From Candidatus Karelsulcia muelleri (lineage in GTDB: Bacteria > Bacteroidota > Bacteroidia > Flavobacteriales > Blattabacteriaceae): a stretch of 32,000 nt of DNA. The stretch spans positions 240,001 to 272,000 of the forward strand of contig NZ_CP029011.1 in NCBI RefSeq assembly GCF_003214255.1, read 5' to 3'. How positions within the stretch are numbered: the stretch's first letter is position 1; every line of letters starts with the position of its first letter. Both the position numbers and the translations under genes were made by a program. The notes under the pieces are model-generated. The model ran no database searches and had not been told where the DNA came from. It saw only the letters and a program-made list of their open reading frames with translations. Below, in pieces: positions 30,052 through 32,000 of this stretch.

Positions 30052-30336
30052 CTATATATTTATTTTTAAATTATAAAGAAATAATTTATTTATTCCTATA
30101 ATTTTTTTTATTTGTTTAATAACATTTTCAATTTTTAAAAATTGAAAGAAAATTTCAATTTTTATTATATAATAATAATTATTATTTAATTTTTTTTCTA
30201 AAAAAGAAAAATTTTTAATTTTTAAATTTCTTCTATTAAAAATTAAAATTATTCGTATTAATAATACTATGATATTATCTGAAATTATAATAATATGTAA
30301 TTTTTTTTTCATAAATTTATTTGATGATAAAATCAT
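30052..30336 (-). CDS. ilvN: Acetolactate synthase small (regulatory) subunit, minimal single ACT domain, highly diverged
   Basis: It sits between ilvB and ilvC. LHIIIISDNIIVLLIRIILIFNRRNLKIKNF...YYIIKIEI....IENVIKQIKKIIGINKL follows the ACT pattern of IlvN/IlvH (l.v.veN..GvL.Rv.glF.RRg.NI.Sl....mti.v....ieQi.KQl.Kli.V.kv). The start may be the internal ATG at 30312, which would remove the 20-nt overlap with ilvB. Confidence 0.6.
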   Translation of the reverse strand: MILSSNKFMKKKLHIIIISDNIIVLLIRIILIFNRRNLKIKNFSFLEKKLNNNYYYIIKIEIFFQFLKIENVIKQIKKIIGINKLFLYNLKINI

Positions 30337-31999
30337 CTAGAGAATTCCCAGGAGGGATTATAGGATAAATATTATATTCTTTTTCTATAATTATTTCAAG
30401 TAAATATGATTTTGTTTGATTTAACAAAAATTTAATATTTTTTTTTAATATTTTTTTTTTAAAGATTTTTTTTGAGTTTATTCCATAAGCTTCACAAATT
30501 TTCATAAAATTGGGATTTTTTATTTTAGTAAATGAATATCTTTTTTCAAAAAATAATTCTTGCCATTGTCTCACCATTCCTAAAAAATTATTATTTAATA
30601 ATATTATCTTTATTGCAAGATTATATTGAAGAATAGTTCCTAATTCTTGTATAGTCATTTGAATTCCCCCATCACCTACTATACAAATTATTTGATTATT
30701 TTTTAATCCAATTTTTGCTCCTATAGAGGCTGGTAAAGAAAATCCCATGGTTCCTAATCCACCTGAAGTAATTTGACTTTTTTTACAAGTAAAATTAAAA
30801 TATCTAGATGCAGACATTTGATGCTGGCCTACATCTGTAACTAACACAGTATTATTTTTTTTATAAAAATTAATAAAATTAATTACTTCACCCATAGTAA
30901 TTTCTATTTTATTAGTATTAAAATCATTATTTATTACTTCTTTTTTTTCTTTAAATTTTAAAAAATTAAATTTTTCTATCCATTTATTATAAAATTTTTT
31001 TTTTATTTTAAATAATAATAATTTTAAAATTTTTTTACAATTTCCTACCAAAAATATATTTGGATTAATAGTTTTTTTAATTTCAGATTCATCAATATCT
31101 ATATGAATTATTTTAGCTTTTTTTCCATATTGATTTATATCTCCTGTCACTCTATCATCGAACCTCATTCCAATTGCTAATATTACATCAGATTGATTAG
31201 TTAACATATTAGGGGGGTAATTTCCATGCATTCCTAACATCCCCATATATAAAAAATTTTTTTTTTTTAATGTTCCTAATCCTAGGAGAGTGCTAGCTGC
31301 AGGAATATTAGTTTTTTTTAAAAAAAATTTTAATTCTTTTTCTGCATTAGCTAATATTACTCCTTGCCCAATAAGAATTAAAGGTCTTATAGATTTCTTA
31401 ATTACAGTAGTAGTTTTTTCTATTTGTTCTAAATTTATTTTTTTTTTAATAAAAAAATTTTTTTTTAAAAAAAATTTTTTAGAGTAAAAATTAAATAATT
31501 CTAATTGTGCATCTTTTGTAATATCTATTAATACTGGACCAGGTCTTCCTGATTTAGCTATAAAAATTCCTTTTGAGATTATATATGATATTTCTTTAGC
31601 GTTTTGAACTTGAAAATTCCATTTAGTAACAGGAATAGAAATATCGATTATATCAGTTTCTTGAAATGCATCAGTCCCTAATAAATTTGATGAAACTTGT
31701 CCAGTAATGCAAAGAATAGCAGTACTATCTATTAAAGCATCTGCTAAGCCAGTAATTAAATTGGTAGCTCCAGGACCTGAAGTCGTAAAACAGACGCCTA
31801 CTTTCCCACTCACTCTAGCATATCCTTGAGCAGCATGTATAGCACCTTGTTCATGACGTGTTAAAATATGTGATATATATTTTTTATAATAAAATAACGC
31901 ATCATAAATAGGCATAATTGCTCCTCCAGGATATCCAAATATATATTCAATTTTTTCAAAAATAAGTGTTTTTATAAGAATTTCTGAACCTTTGATCAA
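30317..31999 (-). CDS. ilvB: Acetolactate synthase large (catalytic) subunit; the start is at or just beyond the window edge
   Basis: G.E.L...L.....IFGYPGGA.MPIYDAL, TSGPGATNL.TGLA.A..DS, the TPP motif GDGG.QM..QEL.T.......I..LNN..LGMVRQWQ. The codon at 31997..31999 is TTG, so the true start is uncertain. Confidence 0.9.
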   Translation of the reverse strand: MIKGSEILIKTLIFEKIEYIFGYPGGAIMPIYDALFYYKKYISHILTRHEQGAIHAAQGYARVSGKVGVCFTTSGPGATNLITGLADALIDSTAILCITGQVSSNLLGTDAFQETDIIDISIPVTKWNFQVQNAKEISYIISKGIFIAKSGRPGPVLIDITKDAQLELFNFYSKKFFLKKNFFIKKKINLEQIEKTTTVIKKSIRPLILIGQGVILANAEKELKFFLKKTNIPAASTLLGLGTLKKKNFLYMGMLGMHGNYPPNMLTNQSDVILAIGMRFDDRVTGDINQYGKKAKIIHIDIDESEIKKTINPNIFLVGNCKKILKLLLFKIKKKFYNKWIEKFNFLKFKEKKEVINNDFNTNKIEITMGEVINFINFYKKNNTVLVTDVGQHQMSASRYFNFTCKKSQITSGGLGTMGFSLPASIGAKIGLKNNQIICIVGDGGIQMTIQELGTILQYNLAIKIILLNNNFLGMVRQWQELFFEKRYSFTKIKNPNFMKICEAYGINSKKIFKKKILKKNIKFLLNQTKSYLLEIIIEKEYNIYPIIPPGNSLDDFIIK

Positions 32000-32000
32000 G

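Noticed and set aside
30052-30336. 94-aa ORF as a possible novel orphan gene (very low complexity, I/K/N-rich)
   Set aside because: Its position between ilvB and ilvC and a residual ACT-domain pattern make a degenerate ilvN the simpler explanation.
31290-31487. 65-aa plus-strand ORF antisense to ilvB
   Set aside because: It is a shadow ORF inside ilvB.
31997-32000. TTG start for ilvB at the extreme window edge
   Set aside because: I cannot tell a genuine TTG start from an ORF running off the window, since only 1 nt remains. The gene is reported as possibly 5'-incomplete instead.

Overview
This window is extremely AT-rich and almost gap-free, with many 1-11 nt gene overlaps. It reads as core chromosome of a strongly reduced Bacteroidetes/Flavobacteriia-type insect nutritional endosymbiont, Sulcia-like. 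That assignment is inference from gene content, motifs and composition, not a database hit.

Bases 1-11486 are the S10-spc-alpha ribosomal supercluster on the + strand: rplB (5'-truncated by the window edge), rpsS, rplV, rpsC, rplP, rpsQ, rplN, rplX, rplE, rpsN, rpsH, rplF, rplR, rpsE, rpmD, rplO, secY, infA, rpmJ, rpsM, rpsK, rpsD, rpoA, rplQ. I found rpmD and rpmJ by hand because they are too short for the ORF track. rpmC and map are absent from their usual slots.

The rest of the window carries, in order:
- dapF(-) and rsmH(+)
- an RNase P RNA gene (rnpB, -) that the ORF track cannot show
- an aldehyde-dehydrogenase/P5C-dehydrogenase-like ORF(-) and mutL(-)
- argH(+, GTG start), lysS(-) and tRNA-Arg(ACG)(-)
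- pyruvate dehydrogenase E1-alpha and E2(+), and a TerC-family membrane protein(-)
- gapA(+), an HsdR_N-like PD-(D/E)xK protein(-), holA(+), trxB(+), rlmB(+) and pheS(-)
- an ilvB-ilvN-ilvC-ilvA string(-)

The genetic code is standard (TGA is used as stop, TGG as Trp). I see no mobile element, CRISPR array, prophage, toxin or defence locus, and no convincing novel multi-gene system.

The observations most worth a second look:
- An intact 459-codon ALDH-like ORF has both catalytic residues replaced and its C-terminus missing.
- MutL keeps its ATPase motifs, but both endonuclease metal-site motifs are eroded.
- A perfect 17-bp inverted repeat straddles the convergent gapA/HsdR_N-like stop codons and encodes the same NEIPN peptide on both strands.
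- The holA and HsdR_N-like start codons sit head-to-head, 4 bp apart.
- A perfect 8-bp x 11 tandem repeat lies inside the ribosomal operon.
- Several perfect in-frame microsatellites and start-codon duplications occur in essential genes.
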